This document shows positions 1-11,216 of a stretch of 57,436 bases of DNA, one piece after another; position 1 is the first letter of the stretch; the number at the start of each line of letters is the position of its first letter. This DNA comes from Saprolegnia diclina VS20. Taxonomy: Eukaryota. The stretch is taken from NCBI RefSeq assembly GCF_000281045.1, contig NW_008246073.1, forward strand, positions 409,343 through 466,778. The letters run 5' to 3'. The notes under the pieces are model-generated. The model searched no databases, had not been told where the DNA came from, and worked only from the letters and a program-made list of their open reading frames with translations. The translations under genes were made by a program, and so were the position numbers.

Positions 1-450
1 ACTCGCACCTGCAACGGTATCAAAAACGGTGGTGCGTGCGACGCACAAGACTACTGCGACGGCAAGGGCGCCTGCAAGGACTTCTTCGCAGACAAAACTG
101 TTCTCTGCAAGAAGGGCGCCACCCTCTGTGACAAGAACACGTTCTGCGACGGCACGTGCTCGACGTGTCCCGTTGACGATGACGTGCTCGTCTACCTCGA
201 CAGCGAGAGCGTCAGCGTCGCCACGTACCTCAGTGACACCGTGTCGCAGTGCTCTGCCAAGGCCGTTTCCGTTGGCTCCAGCCAGCTCAATGCCATGTAC
301 AGTTCGGCTGCCAACAACGGGCTCTTGGTCGTCGCGTGCATCGCTGCCGTCGCTGTTGTCGCCTCGGTGCTTCTTGCCAAGAAGGCGGACGGCTACGTCT
401 CCATGGAAGATGGCTACGCCCGCCTCGCCGACGACACGCGCTACGCCTAA
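1..450 (+). CDS. 3' part of a Cys-rich disintegrin-like type I membrane protein (copy A, 5' end outside window)
   Basis: Frame 1 is open from base 1 to TAA at 448-450: TRTCNGIKNGGACDAQDYCDGKGACKDFFADKTVLCKKGATLCDKNTFCDGTCSTCPVD resembles the disintegrin C-x6-CD-x4-C-x-G-x4-CP-x-D pattern. A hydrophobic segment LLVVACIAAVAVVASVLLA and a short tail KKADGYVSMEDGYARLADDTRYA follow. A paralog at the other end of the window differs mostly by synonymous changes. Confidence 0.75.
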   Translation, partial: TRTCNGIKNGGACDAQDYCDGKGACKDFFADKTVLCKKGATLCDKNTFCDGTCSTCPVDDDVLVYLDSESVSVATYLSDTVSQCSAKAVSVGSSQLNAMYSSAANNGLLVVACIAAVAVVASVLLAKKADGYVSMEDGYARLADDTRYA

Positions 451-555
451 GCCCTCACACGCTCCCCTGCTTTCTTCCTGCGTACGATGTTGCATTCCTC
501 CGTATCCTAGTCTCGCCTAATGTCGATCATACATGACCGTGACTTATTTGAATCA
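37..555. repeat. Left member of inverted repeat pair (partner ~56915-57436)
   Basis: The reverse complement of the window end (TGCGACGCACAAGATTACTGCGACGGCAAGGGC...) aligns from position 37 through the stop codon. Weaker similarity continues ~100 nt into the 3' UTR. Confidence 0.93.
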
Positions 556-874
556 ATGCTTGACAAGGGATCATGCAGAGGCTGTTTATTGCCAGGGTGA
601 TAAGGGAAATGTAGAGAGACACCTCTCGTGCATGGTGCTTTGCTTGTTTGGATGTCAATATGTCCAATCGATGACTTTTGTGTGGTGGCGAGGGCACTGT
701 CGTGGGCTTTTTTTGCAAGACGTATCAATCAGCTGTCTATCCTGACGTTATGTCCCCTTCCCCTAATGCGCAGTTGCGCTCAGCCAAAAGTTTTTGAACG
801 CAGCCCTCCTTTACATCTCTGAAGATACTCTGATGTTGTGTTCGAAGTGAGGTTTCTTGTGGAAAAATATATAG

Positions 875-3800
875 TCAATCCAAGAGTGGGTACGCGACGT
901 CAAAGGCAGACGCCATGGCGTGCGTTCGCGGCACTTCTGACAATAGCGGGATCTCGAGACCAAACGTGCGCCAGTTCTTCATGTCCAGACTGTACATGGT
1001 GCGCCCGATGCGGAGGCTCAGAATGCCATTCAATGCCGCCGACGCGCGGTCGAGGTAGTACACGCCGTTGTAGACACGGTTACTGTGCGCGTAGAGGTAC
1101 TTGGCGCCGGAGGAGAGGAAGAGCGACGTGACGTGGCATGTGGGTTTTGTTTTGAGATTGAGTTTCACCGCGTAAAAGCACACAATGTTGCAGACAAGGA
1201 TGATGCCGATGAGTAGTTGGAGTCGCTGAAACTGACCAATCTCGATCGAGCCCGATTCACAGATGGCCTGAAAGTCCACTTGCACCAGAGTGCATTGGAG
1301 GTCGATGGACGTGTTGGCGTTGACGGGCGAGAAAGCCGTGAGCGCTGCAACTACAACCCAGACGACGAGGCCGTTGACCATAACGTACGACGTCGAGTAC
1401 TCTTGCGTAAAGATCAACGCGATGTCGTTGACGATCGAAACGAGCCACGTGACCTCGTTGGCAGCGAGGAGGGTCTTGTACCACGGATCGCGCACAGTCG
1501 TGAAAGCACTCATGTAGCCAGAGTACTGGAGCTCCAGCGTCGCCGTCGAGAGAACGCAGATAGCAGTCATGCTGCGAAGTACTAAGAGCGGCCGCCCAAC
1601 CCAGACGACACCCCCGACGCGACCGAGCTCGAGCATGTTGAGGCCTTCGTAGTGACCACGACTTGTCAGCATGTACATGGCTGCCATAAAGGCGACCGCA
1701 ATCATGACACCCGTGACGTAGATGACACCAGCGCGCAAGTATTGGGCGACGTTGGCGGTCACCTGCCAGCCTTGTGTCAACTGCGCGAGTGGCGTCGCAA
1801 GGTCCGAGAGCAGCGTCATGTTGCCGACGTCGCCTTGAAACGAGATGACTTCACGGTTGCCGAGCACCCAGTCATAGAGGTAGAGCCACGCAAAAAAGGC
1901 AAAGTCCGATTCGGTCGGGGCGAGAAGATTGAGGCGCTGGATCGAAAGGGGCGCTGTCGCGTCCACGTTGGTGTAGATCATAAATTCGATCTCCATGGCT
2001 CGTACGTCAGCGTTGGCGCTCGTTAGTGACGACGCAACGGTCGCCGGCAGCGGTAGCACGAATGCGTCAATATAGCTCAGCGTTTGGCTCAGATATTTCA
2101 CACATTTGGAAGCAAATGTCGGCTCGTGGGCGCACACTGCGCTCATATCCCACCCCGAAGGTTGGAGGTGGAGGCTGGAGAGGAGTGCCGCGAGAATGTA
2201 CTGTTGCCGCGACGGTTGGGTCTTTGACAAGACACCAGATGATCGAAGACAAATAGCGTCAAAGGATACGACACTCACCAGGCCCACAGACATGGCGTAC
2301 CCGGCCACGAGTGGGGGGCACATGGGAGAGCCACCAAAACTGACAAGGTTTTGTGCGAGCCAGGTACCTGGCACGGGGTAGGACGCATCCAGCGTCGTTA
2401 TGTCGCTGTAGAGTGCTTGGGCCTTGATGTTCTTCGACAGTGGTGCACGAGAGACATCAACGAGCAAGGCAAAAAGAGTGCGCACCGATGCTGGCACTGG
2501 AACGTACACCATGTCAATGGACCCATATGGCCCGAGCAGCGACTGCACGAGCTGGAAGCCTGCAGAGAGCGGTGATGCGAGGGTGCCGTTCTGCACCAAA
2601 ACCGCACCCAGCGTTGTGTTGGCAAAAGCAAAATCAGGGCTGGACCGGACCAAGCTGCGACCGGCGAGGCGCGACGAGTTGTCTGCCACTGCCGTCAAGT
2701 CGTTGGCGAAGGCCCAATACATTTTGAAACTCGTCTGGCTCCCAAAACGGTACGTCCCGTTCTGCGACGTTAGCGTCAGTGGGTACACAATGCCGTACGC
2801 GTTTGTGATCGCGTAGCTGTTGAGAACGCCGAGTCGCTTGTAGTTTTGCCACTGCACCTTGTAATGCTGAATACCATATTGGCGCCAATAGAGGGCTTCG
2901 TCCGAGAGGGTCGGCTTGTTCTTGACGGCCGTTGAGGTGTGAAGCCAAGCTTTGCCAGCATCGGACCGCCGGAGCTCGGACGCGATCGCCATCTCGAACG
3001 AGGATCCCCAGCACGCGTCAAAGTCGTCGTAGTTGATGTTGCGTAAGACCGACTCGAGGTATACGGCGCCGTTCGCCAACATCGACTGACACCGCACTTC
3101 ACGCCGAGCCGAGTTGGCCAATGACCACACTTGCTTGAAGTCCACAAAACAATATGGCGCAAAGATCCACGGCGCTTGACACGCATCCATGGCTCGCAGA
3201 CCTACGATCGTGGCGGTGATGTCGCTGAGAGGCTCGTGCTGGAGGTAGGCGCCATAGCTGACGGATGATGAGACCAGGGCTTCGGACGCCGCAAACGACT
3301 TCATCGCGTTGGCACTTGGCTTGTCCAAAGCAAGATTGGGCATCGTTGTGTGACCAAGGACGAGCTGCTCGTTGAGCCAGTTGGCGATAAACGCGTGGGC
3401 GCCAGTCGTGTTGAAGGTGGCCCAGAAGAGGTCGTTCGAGAGGTTGACTTCAGAGACTCGGAGATACGAAATGCTGCCCACAATGGAGGCAATGATGTAG
3501 CCGAGGCCAACAACCATCCAAACGTGCGCGACGCGGGCTTTCTTGGCAATGTCTGGCACAAGCATGGAGGCTCGCTTGAGCAATGTGGATTGTAGACGGC
3601 TTGACGTAACGCGCGAGAGACTGCTGAGCGTCGAGGCGCGGCGAGGTACGTGGCTCTGGAACGCCAAGGAAGGACACGGGAATGTCTTGAGAAAAGAGCT
3701 TGTTGATAAATCGTCAACCAAAATGAGCCACAGCTTCAAGTCGAACGTGTACGCTTGCTTGCGAAGGCGAAGCGGAACGAGCCCACTAAGAATGCACGCG

Positions 3801-6358
3801 ACATGGTCGATCGTGTATACTTCTTCTACACTGGTTGCATGCGTACACAGAAACAACTGCGAGACGCCAGACACAAGCAGCGTATCGTCGCACTGACGGG
3901 CAGGGCGATGGAACCAGCGCCGATGCACGATAGTACCGACCACGAGACTCCCCACAGCAACACCAGCTTGGATCACGATCAGCGTCCAGACGCGAGTCAA
4001 GCTACCAACAGCAACGACGCCGCTAGTACACGAGACGGCAAAGTCCATGTTGGTGCCAACACACGTTCGAGCCAGCGTCGCTGACACTTTGACGGGACTT
4101 GATAACTCGATACAAAAGAGAATCAGCCACGAGAGACAGCTTGATATCGGACTATAGATCTTCGTCGCATCTCGCGTCACAATCAAAAGCGCTTCATTGA
4201 TCACGTACGTCACCCACGTCGCCTCGCCGGTGATGATGAGTGACGCAAGCCAAGGGCGTGGCGATGCCGCAAAGCGCGAGTACCCGTGATGCGTTTCAAA
4301 GATGACGTTGGCAGAGCTCAGGAGCAAGATCGCGGTGACGCCGCGGAGAAAGGCGAGGGGCCGACCGATCCATACGGCGCCGACGACGCGATTGAAGAAA
4401 AAGAGGTTGCGACCGAGGAAGCGGAGGCGCACGAGACCGGCGTAGAAAAATGACACGAGCCCGACAAACACGAGCACCATCGATGTCACGACGATGAGGT
4501 AGAAGAGAATTTTGGTTGCTGTCTGGAGCGGTTGTGTCCCCGTCGAGTACAGCTGCGGTGCATACGCATCCGAAATGAGCGTGACAGTGCCAGCATCTCC
4601 TTGGAACGAAACGACTTCGCGACTGCCCGCGACCCAATCGAAGAGCAAGATCCAGCCAAAAACATCAAAGCTCGACGCCTCCAGAAGCGGTTGCTGGAGC
4701 AGCATCCAAGTTCCGTTGGCCAATGTTGCGAACTGCATGAGGCCGACACGAGTATCTTGAACAGCCGCTGTAGCTTTGCTGACGCTAGCAGTGATGTCGC
4801 TCGAAAACGTCAGTTGTTGGAGAAGATTGCTTGCCGCCGAGAGGCTGGTGAGGCAGTCGGTCGTCGGTGTCGCCATCGCGCAGACACTCGGTGATGCCTC
4901 GGCCGTTGCGAGCACTGCAAAAAGACTAGCGCTCGCCGTCACCGGGATTTGCAGCGGCAACGCTTTCGAGCAATCGTCAAAGAAGCCAAACGACTGCTGT
5001 GGAAACAACGTCCCGGAATGCAGCGTGCACATGGGGTTCCCGCCGTAGAACATGGAGGCACTTTTCCACGCTGGCGGCAATGGCGCGAGGGTGGTCGTCG
5101 AAATACTGGTCAGCGTGGATAAGCGCTCGGCGTCCAGCTGACGAAACAGCGCATCTTGAAACGCAGTGTACGTCGTTGCCAGTGCTGTAGGCACAGCGAC
5201 ATAGACCGAATCGATGCTGAGAAAAGGTCCAATGTGGCTGCGCACGAGCGCCGCCTGGTGCACAAAGTTGCCGCTGGCGTTGGTGTTGCCATTGAAGACT
5301 TCGAGATCGATCGCAGGCATCGATACACTGACATTGGCGCCAAAGTACGTCAAAGTACCGCGAATAATGCTCCGGCCCATGCCTTGGCCATTCCAGAGGT
5401 CGTTGAGCGGGATCCAGAAGAAGTTTTGGGACGTCCACGGTCCAGTACCCCGGGGCAAGTTCTTCAACGTCACAAGCTGGCGCATGCCCAATGCGTTTTC
5501 TAGCTCGATCGACTCGGTGACGCCAGCCTGCCACCGGTTTTGCCACTGTGCCGTGAACGACGTCAAGCCAAACGTCCGCCAGTACGCGAGTTCGTCATCG
5601 ACCGTCGTCGAGCTCCGCACCGTTGCCATCGTGCTTAGGAAGGTGCGGCCACGCACCGTCTCTTGCAGTGGGAGCTGAATGGAAACGGTAAATGGTGCGT
5701 TGTCGCCTCCCCAAATGGACAGATAGTCGGCCCACACCACATTGCGCAGAATCGCCTCCATGTACACGCCCGCGTTCGTCGCGTAGTGCTCGAAGCAGCG
5801 CTGCTGCCGCTTGGTAGTATGCGCCACCTCGAACGACCGCTCAAAGTCCACCCAGCAATGCTGTACGTTGACGCGCATCGACCAGCTCGCGCTGAGCAGA
5901 CGTAGCTGCGGCACGGCGTACTCGATCGACGTGAGCTCGTTGAAGATGACGTGGCGGGCGTACGTGGGCGGGACGTTGGTGTACGAAACGGGAGACGCAT
6001 ATGTCTTCTGAACCATCGCACTCGGTGCATAGATGCTGAGCGAGGTGGCGGCGGTCGTAGAGAGGACAGCGTTGACAAGGTCGACGAGAAAAGCTTCGTG
6101 GCCCGTGAGATTGAAGCCGGCCCACCAAAGGTCGTTGACGAAGCTGGGCTGAAGCGTGTAGACGTACCAGACGCCGCAAGCTAGTGAAATGAGGAGGTAG
6201 CAAAGCCCAAGAATGGCCTCGGCGACTTGCTTCTTTGTGAAGCTCCACGTAGCCTCTGGAACATGACGCGACTGCCGCACATGGTCCTCCGTAGGTGCGG
6301 AAGGTACCGTTGGGCCGTCCGATTCTAGCGTGGGAATCACGTAACCACCTTCGACCAT
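875..6358 (-). CDS. Giant intronless multi-pass membrane protein of unknown function with two tandem ~900-aa units
   Basis: Uninterrupted 5.5 kb ORF. The first ATG is at 6358 (the track start at 6529 is TTG). Paired motifs: NDLWWAGFN/NDLFWATFN, CWVDF/CFVDF, QWQN/QWQN, GGNPMC/GGSPMC, REVVSFQGD/REVISFQGD, VWIGRPL/VWVGRPL. Several hydrophobic helices per unit. Confidence 0.9.
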   Translation of the reverse strand: MVEGGYVIPTLESDGPTVPSAPTEDHVRQSRHVPEATWSFTKKQVAEAILGLCYLLISLACGVWYVYTLQPSFVNDLWWAGFNLTGHEAFLVDLVNAVLSTTAATSLSIYAPSAMVQKTYASPVSYTNVPPTYARHVIFNELTSIEYAVPQLRLLSASWSMRVNVQHCWVDFERSFEVAHTTKRQQRCFEHYATNAGVYMEAILRNVVWADYLSIWGGDNAPFTVSIQLPLQETVRGRTFLSTMATVRSSTTVDDELAYWRTFGLTSFTAQWQNRWQAGVTESIELENALGMRQLVTLKNLPRGTGPWTSQNFFWIPLNDLWNGQGMGRSIIRGTLTYFGANVSVSMPAIDLEVFNGNTNASGNFVHQAALVRSHIGPFLSIDSVYVAVPTALATTYTAFQDALFRQLDAERLSTLTSISTTTLAPLPPAWKSASMFYGGNPMCTLHSGTLFPQQSFGFFDDCSKALPLQIPVTASASLFAVLATAEASPSVCAMATPTTDCLTSLSAASNLLQQLTFSSDITASVSKATAAVQDTRVGLMQFATLANGTWMLLQQPLLEASSFDVFGWILLFDWVAGSREVVSFQGDAGTVTLISDAYAPQLYSTGTQPLQTATKILFYLIVVTSMVLVFVGLVSFFYAGLVRLRFLGRNLFFFNRVVGAVWIGRPLAFLRGVTAILLLSSANVIFETHHGYSRFAASPRPWLASLIITGEATWVTYVINEALLIVTRDATKIYSPISSCLSWLILFCIELSSPVKVSATLARTCVGTNMDFAVSCTSGVVAVGSLTRVWTLIVIQAGVAVGSLVVGTIVHRRWFHRPARQCDDTLLVSGVSQLFLCTHATSVEEVYTIDHVACILSGLVPLRLRKQAYTFDLKLWLILVDDLSTSSFLKTFPCPSLAFQSHVPRRASTLSSLSRVTSSRLQSTLLKRASMLVPDIAKKARVAHVWMVVGLGYIIASIVGSISYLRVSEVNLSNDLFWATFNTTGAHAFIANWLNEQLVLGHTTMPNLALDKPSANAMKSFAASEALVSSSVSYGAYLQHEPLSDITATIVGLRAMDACQAPWIFAPYCFVDFKQVWSLANSARREVRCQSMLANGAVYLESVLRNINYDDFDACWGSSFEMAIASELRRSDAGKAWLHTSTAVKNKPTLSDEALYWRQYGIQHYKVQWQNYKRLGVLNSYAITNAYGIVYPLTLTSQNGTYRFGSQTSFKMYWAFANDLTAVADNSSRLAGRSLVRSSPDFAFANTTLGAVLVQNGTLASPLSAGFQLVQSLLGPYGSIDMVYVPVPASVRTLFALLVDVSRAPLSKNIKAQALYSDITTLDASYPVPGTWLAQNLVSFGGSPMCPPLVAGYAMSVGLVSVVSFDAICLRSSGVLSKTQPSRQQYILAALLSSLHLQPSGWDMSAVCAHEPTFASKCVKYLSQTLSYIDAFVLPLPATVASSLTSANADVRAMEIEFMIYTNVDATAPLSIQRLNLLAPTESDFAFFAWLYLYDWVLGNREVISFQGDVGNMTLLSDLATPLAQLTQGWQVTANVAQYLRAGVIYVTGVMIAVAFMAAMYMLTSRGHYEGLNMLELGRVGGVVWVGRPLLVLRSMTAICVLSTATLELQYSGYMSAFTTVRDPWYKTLLAANEVTWLVSIVNDIALIFTQEYSTSYVMVNGLVVWVVVAALTAFSPVNANTSIDLQCTLVQVDFQAICESGSIEIGQFQRLQLLIGIILVCNIVCFYAVKLNLKTKPTCHVTSLFLSSGAKYLYAHSNRVYNGVYYLDRASAALNGILSLRIGRTMYSLDMKNWRTFGLEIPLLSEVPRTHAMASAFDVAYPLLD

Positions 6359-7172
6359 CGTGCGCGTTGGAGGTTTGGATACTGCCGTGGGTCGTTGTGG
6401 CGGTTGATATGACTCAATTTTTGTAAAGACGTCCGCCAAGACGGCATTGGCTGCAAATAATTGGCTTGAAATAGACTGTGGTCCATGAGGCGCGGTCAGT
6501 TTGTTGGGACCCCCGAAGTGCTTCACCAAGCATTAGAATAAGTTGGCTTGATCGGGGTCTCTTCTTCACCAACAAGTCAGCAGACGAAGATGAATTCGGC
6601 CTCCTCGTCTGCCGCGTCGTTTTTGCTCCACATCCAGTCGAGTTGGCTTGTTTTGGTATTTGGCGCCTTTTCAGAGTGAAACGAACCACCGCCAGAAGGC
6701 GCGTCGCCCAGACCCAGACCCGACTTTCGAGTCTCAAATCAATGGATCCAAGCGGCAATGACGGCCCTATCGTCATCGTCCACAACCTTGCAAAACCCAA
6801 AAGAGGGTCCTCCAAGTGGCCACCCTTCTATGACGCTGGTGTTCAAGCCAATGGCATGCGCAACGAAGAGGAATACTCTGAAACGCAAAACGGAAGCACT
6901 TGTCATCTTCGTCGCCCAAGTGTTCTGCTTTATCATCAAGAAGCATCACCCGCATTCGGGTTCGTAGTGCTCTTCACGACTACACGTCAAGTAGTAGGCA
7001 CATTGCTGCTGGACGTTGCGGTCGTCCACGTACCCATGGCTTGTTGAGCTGGGCAATCTATGCCCTGATGTGACGGGCTAGGGTTGACAGTTTGAACTTT
7101 TAATAAAGATAAACGTAGTCGCGTTAGAGTAAAAAGTTAAAAATTGTCGCATGCAAAAAGCAAAATCAAGGT

Positions 7173-10100
7173 TTAGCACTCGGGGTACACGGCGCGCATT
7201 TGCTTCTCGAGGACGCCAAGCACTTGGGCGGCGGTCGGACGGTCCTCGGGCTTGTGCTGGAGGCACCAGTTGGCGAGGTCGGCGTACCACTCGTCGCACT
7301 CGGGGCTCACTTCGGGCCGAAGCTTCCCGGAGCGCACTTGGTCGAGGATCGTCATAAACTTGAGGTTCAGGTTCGCGTACGGCGCTTGGAGCGTGTCGAG
7401 CTCGGTGAGGATGACGCCGAGCGAGTAAATGTCGGCGGGAAAGCCATAGTGGCCATCAAACACCTCGGGCGCGATCCAGTACGAGGTGCCGATGCCCATC
7501 GTGAGCGTCTCGGTGCCAAGGTCGCGGGAGATGCCAAAGTCGGCGATTTTGATATAGTTGGTCGTCGAGAGGAGCACGTTCGAGGCCTTCAAGTCGCGGT
7601 GCAGAATGTTTTGCTCGTGAAGGTCCAGAACGCCGTTGGCGATCGCCCAAGCGAGCTCGAGCTTGGAAAACTCGACGTCCACCGGGGCATGCGTGCGCTT
7701 CTTGTCGAGGTAGCTCCTGAGGTCGCCGCTGTTCATGTACTCGAGCACGAGCTTGGGTTCGTCCAGCTTTTGCTCGAGGACCGCAATCATCTTGATAATG
7801 TACGGCGAGTTGCACCTAACCCCATGTTCCACCACATTTCAAAAGAGCTGCAAAATACGCTACCGGCGCATGGTCTCGATCTCTTTTCGGAGCGAGTCGA
7901 GGCCGTCCGTGTTGAGCACGGTCTTGACAGCGACGTCTTGGGTGTGCCACTTGCCCTTGTACACGACGCCTTGGCCGCCGCGGCCGAGCACGATGCTCGA
8001 CACCACAATGTCCTCGTCGCGCACCTGCGTTTCCATCAGCATCTTGCATTCAAACCAAGAGACGCACGTCTTGGAGCAGCTTCGTGTCGGCGTCGTGGAG
8101 AATCTTGACGACCGCACGGTGGCCGCGCTTCCGAGCAATGTACAACGGTGTGATGCCCACCTGTTTTAGGCGCATGAGCGCAGGTTCGGTGAGCGCATTG
8201 GTACCTTGTTGCTGAAGCCGAAGTCGGCGCCCGCTTGGACAAACAAGTCGACGATCGGCGCATAGCCCTTGGATGCGGCGAGGAAGAGGGGCGTGCACTC
8301 GTTCTGACGTAGCATGCGTTGGCACGATGCGTCTCTGCAAGCGACGTACCTGGTCGTGGACGTCGTTGGCGGCGCCCATGGCCAAGAGCAAGTTGACGAC
8401 AGCCGTGTGGCCCCGAGTGGCTGCGATAAAGAGCGGCGACACGCCATCCTAGAGCACGTTGATTTTGATGTCGCCGAGCCAAGGGGTACCATCGTCGTGG
8501 CGTCAACGTCGGCGCCGCACGTGATGAGCATGCCAACAACCGCGTCGTGGCCGTGGGCCGAGGCTTCAAAGATCGCCGAGTGGCCGTTCTACGCTCTTGT
8601 GAGACCTTTCGCGAGCTGCAACGGACCTTGTCGCTGTGGGCAATCACGGCCTTGGCGCGAATGAGCAGCACCACAATCGGGCGGTGCCCAATCTGAGACG
8701 CGACCAGCAGCGGCGAGCGCCCCTCCTACGCATACGATGGGCACAGGACGGGAAGTGCGGCGGTACCTTGTTGACAAAGTTGACGTCGGCGCCGGCGGCA
8801 ATCAGCTTTTGCACGATCGTCTGGTGCCCTTTGGTCGTCGCCACGAACAGCACGCTGTCGACATCGTCGTTGAGGAGGTTAGGGCTCGTGGCCTTGCCGA
8901 GGAGAAGCGTCATGAGCGCCACGTCGCCGTCCGTCGCCGCTTTGATCAAACGCAGGCGGTCCTACGCTCGCCATCAAGACTCGTGCGCCGCAAGAGTCGC
9001 TCGCACCGCCGCCGCCGCGTCCGTGAGAAGCGTGACAATCGCCTGGTGGTGCTTCTCGCTCGCAATGTCCAACGGCGTCTTCCCCGCCTACCGTGTGTTG
9101 GCGTAAGTGATGCTGACGTTTGGGATCCAAGTTGTACGAGGTTGGTGATGCTAAAGTTGGCCTCGGCCTCCACGAGCATTTTGACGATGTTGAGGTGGCC
9201 GCTGCTGACGGCGGCGTGCATGGGCGAGTCGCCGACGTGGTTGACCTTGTTCTTCTCGGCGCGCACGAGCAACAGCAGCTCGACGATCGTCTTGTGGCCG
9301 TTGAGCGCGGCCATGAAGAGCGGGGACCGGCCCTCCTACATGGAAACGCTTAGACGGACGGGAAATACGACGCGTCGCACCGCGTCGCTTTGGTTGTAGT
9401 CGCCGCGCAAGAGCATCTGCGCAATGTTGGCGTGGCCTTTGCTGGCCGCCACGTAGATGGCCGTGCGTCCGCTCTACTCATCGCGTCAGCGCTGCATCGG
9501 TCGCGTGGCATACCGCGTCGGTTTGGTCAACGTCGGCGCCGGCGGCCACGAGCTGCGACACCATGCCTTCGAAGCCTTTCGAGACGGCCGAGAAGAGGAC
9601 GCTCTCGCCCGTCTACGCGGCCTCGCATCGATCGTTGACAAATGAGATTCTACCTCGTCGTTGATCACGTTCGGGTCCACGCCCTTGGCCAGTAGCTTGG
9701 ACGCGAGCTCAAAGTTGCCGTCGACAACGGCTTGGAGAAGCGACTTGCGGTCGCGCGTGCCCGCCTCCAGCAGCATGGCGCAGATGGCTTCGTGGTTGCG
9801 CTCCATCGCGACCATGAGCGGCGTCTTGCCGACCTACGTGGGTGAACCTCAGCAAACGCCATGCAGAGCAACACGACGCACGTTGTTGGGCTTGTAAATG
9901 TCGGCGTCGGCTTCAACGAGGAGGTGCACAATGTTGGCGTGGTTGTTGAGCACGGCCATGAAGATGGGCGAGTACCCGTTCTAGGCAGAGGTCGCTTCAA
10001 GGTGTTGCAGCCGAGGATTCTCTACCTTGTCGCCTTTGTTAATGTCGGCGTGCGCCGCAATGAAGAGCTTGACGGCTTCTTCGCGGCCCTTCTCGGCTGA

Positions 10101-11216
10101 TATGAGCGTCGGCGTCGACTCGTCCTGGCAGACGTCAAACGACTGAGACAATGTGTCGTCGCGTGTACCTGGTTGCACTTGTTGATGTCGGCGTTGGCTT
10201 GGATCAAGAGCGCGACGATCTCGTCGTGGCCGTGGCATGCCGCCATGAACAGCGGTGTCCGGTTGGTCTAATGCAACATGATGCGCAGTCCGTGGACAAA
10301 TGACGCCGTACATCGTCGCACTTGTTGATGTCGGCTTCGGCGCGGATAAAGCGCTTGACGATTCCGATGTGGCCGTGCCACGCCGCCATAAACACGGGTG
10401 TGCGTCCGTCCTATGCGTCCTAAGCCCCCAACGAATATTTGCGCTGCATACGCGGTTGGGCTGGTTGGGGCTTGCGCCGGCCTCGAGCAGGAGGCCCACG
10501 ATGTTCTCGTGGCCGTACTCGGTCGCAATGTGCAGTGGCGTCGCCGCCATCTACGCCTCGTGAGCTCCAGCGCAAGAACCAACGCGCACCGAGTCAAACT
10601 TGGTCAAGTCGGCGTTGGCATCGATGAGGAGGTCGACGACCGCGACGTGGCCGAGCCAGCTGGCCATAAAGACCGGTGTGTTGCCTTCCTACACGATGCC
10701 ATGACACTGCTTTCGAAAGACATTGGCGGTTGCGTACCACGGTCTGTGTGTTGATGTCGATGCCGGGCTGCGCGAGGAGGAGCGCCACCACCGACGTGTG
10801 GCCCTTGGTGGCCGCGACAAAGAGCGGGGTGGCGCCGTACTGCAGCACACGATGAGATCGGTACGTCATGCAACAAGGTGCGTACGCGGTCGGTAAAGTT
10901 GACGTTGCCGCCGGCCGCCGCGATCTTTTGTGCAATGCCATCGTAGCCCTTGGCCGCAGCCATAAACAAGATGGACTCGCCCTTCTACGTGCCATGGATG
11001 AGACGATTTGCCACGTCGCCGTCGTCACGCACCTCGTCGACTGTATTTGGGTCGCCGCCTCGTCCTAACCAGGCGCCGACCTTGTCGAGCTTGCCGGCGC
11101 GGACGGCGTCGAGCAGTGACTTGGAGCTCTACGCGGCGTGAGTCCAACAAGCAGTGACGTCTATCTGTACGTACAAACTCGTCGACTTTCTTTGTGAGCA
11201 TATCAAACTTGAACAT
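7173..11216 (-). CDS. Ankyrin-repeat TKL-family protein kinase, ~23 exons
   Basis: Spliced model starts MFKFDMLTKKVDEF (ATG 11216), then ~22 ankyrin repeats (G-x-T/S-P-L-F/H-x-A-A-x-x-G-H). The kinase has GRGGQG, VAVK, HRDLKASN, DFG and APE motifs, with TAA at 7173-7175. Introns are GT-AG and ~40-55 nt. Confidence 0.92.

Noticed and set aside
6478..7047. 189-aa + strand ORF between the membrane protein and the kinase
   Set aside because: No recognisable domain, non-ATG start and atypical composition; probably intergenic.
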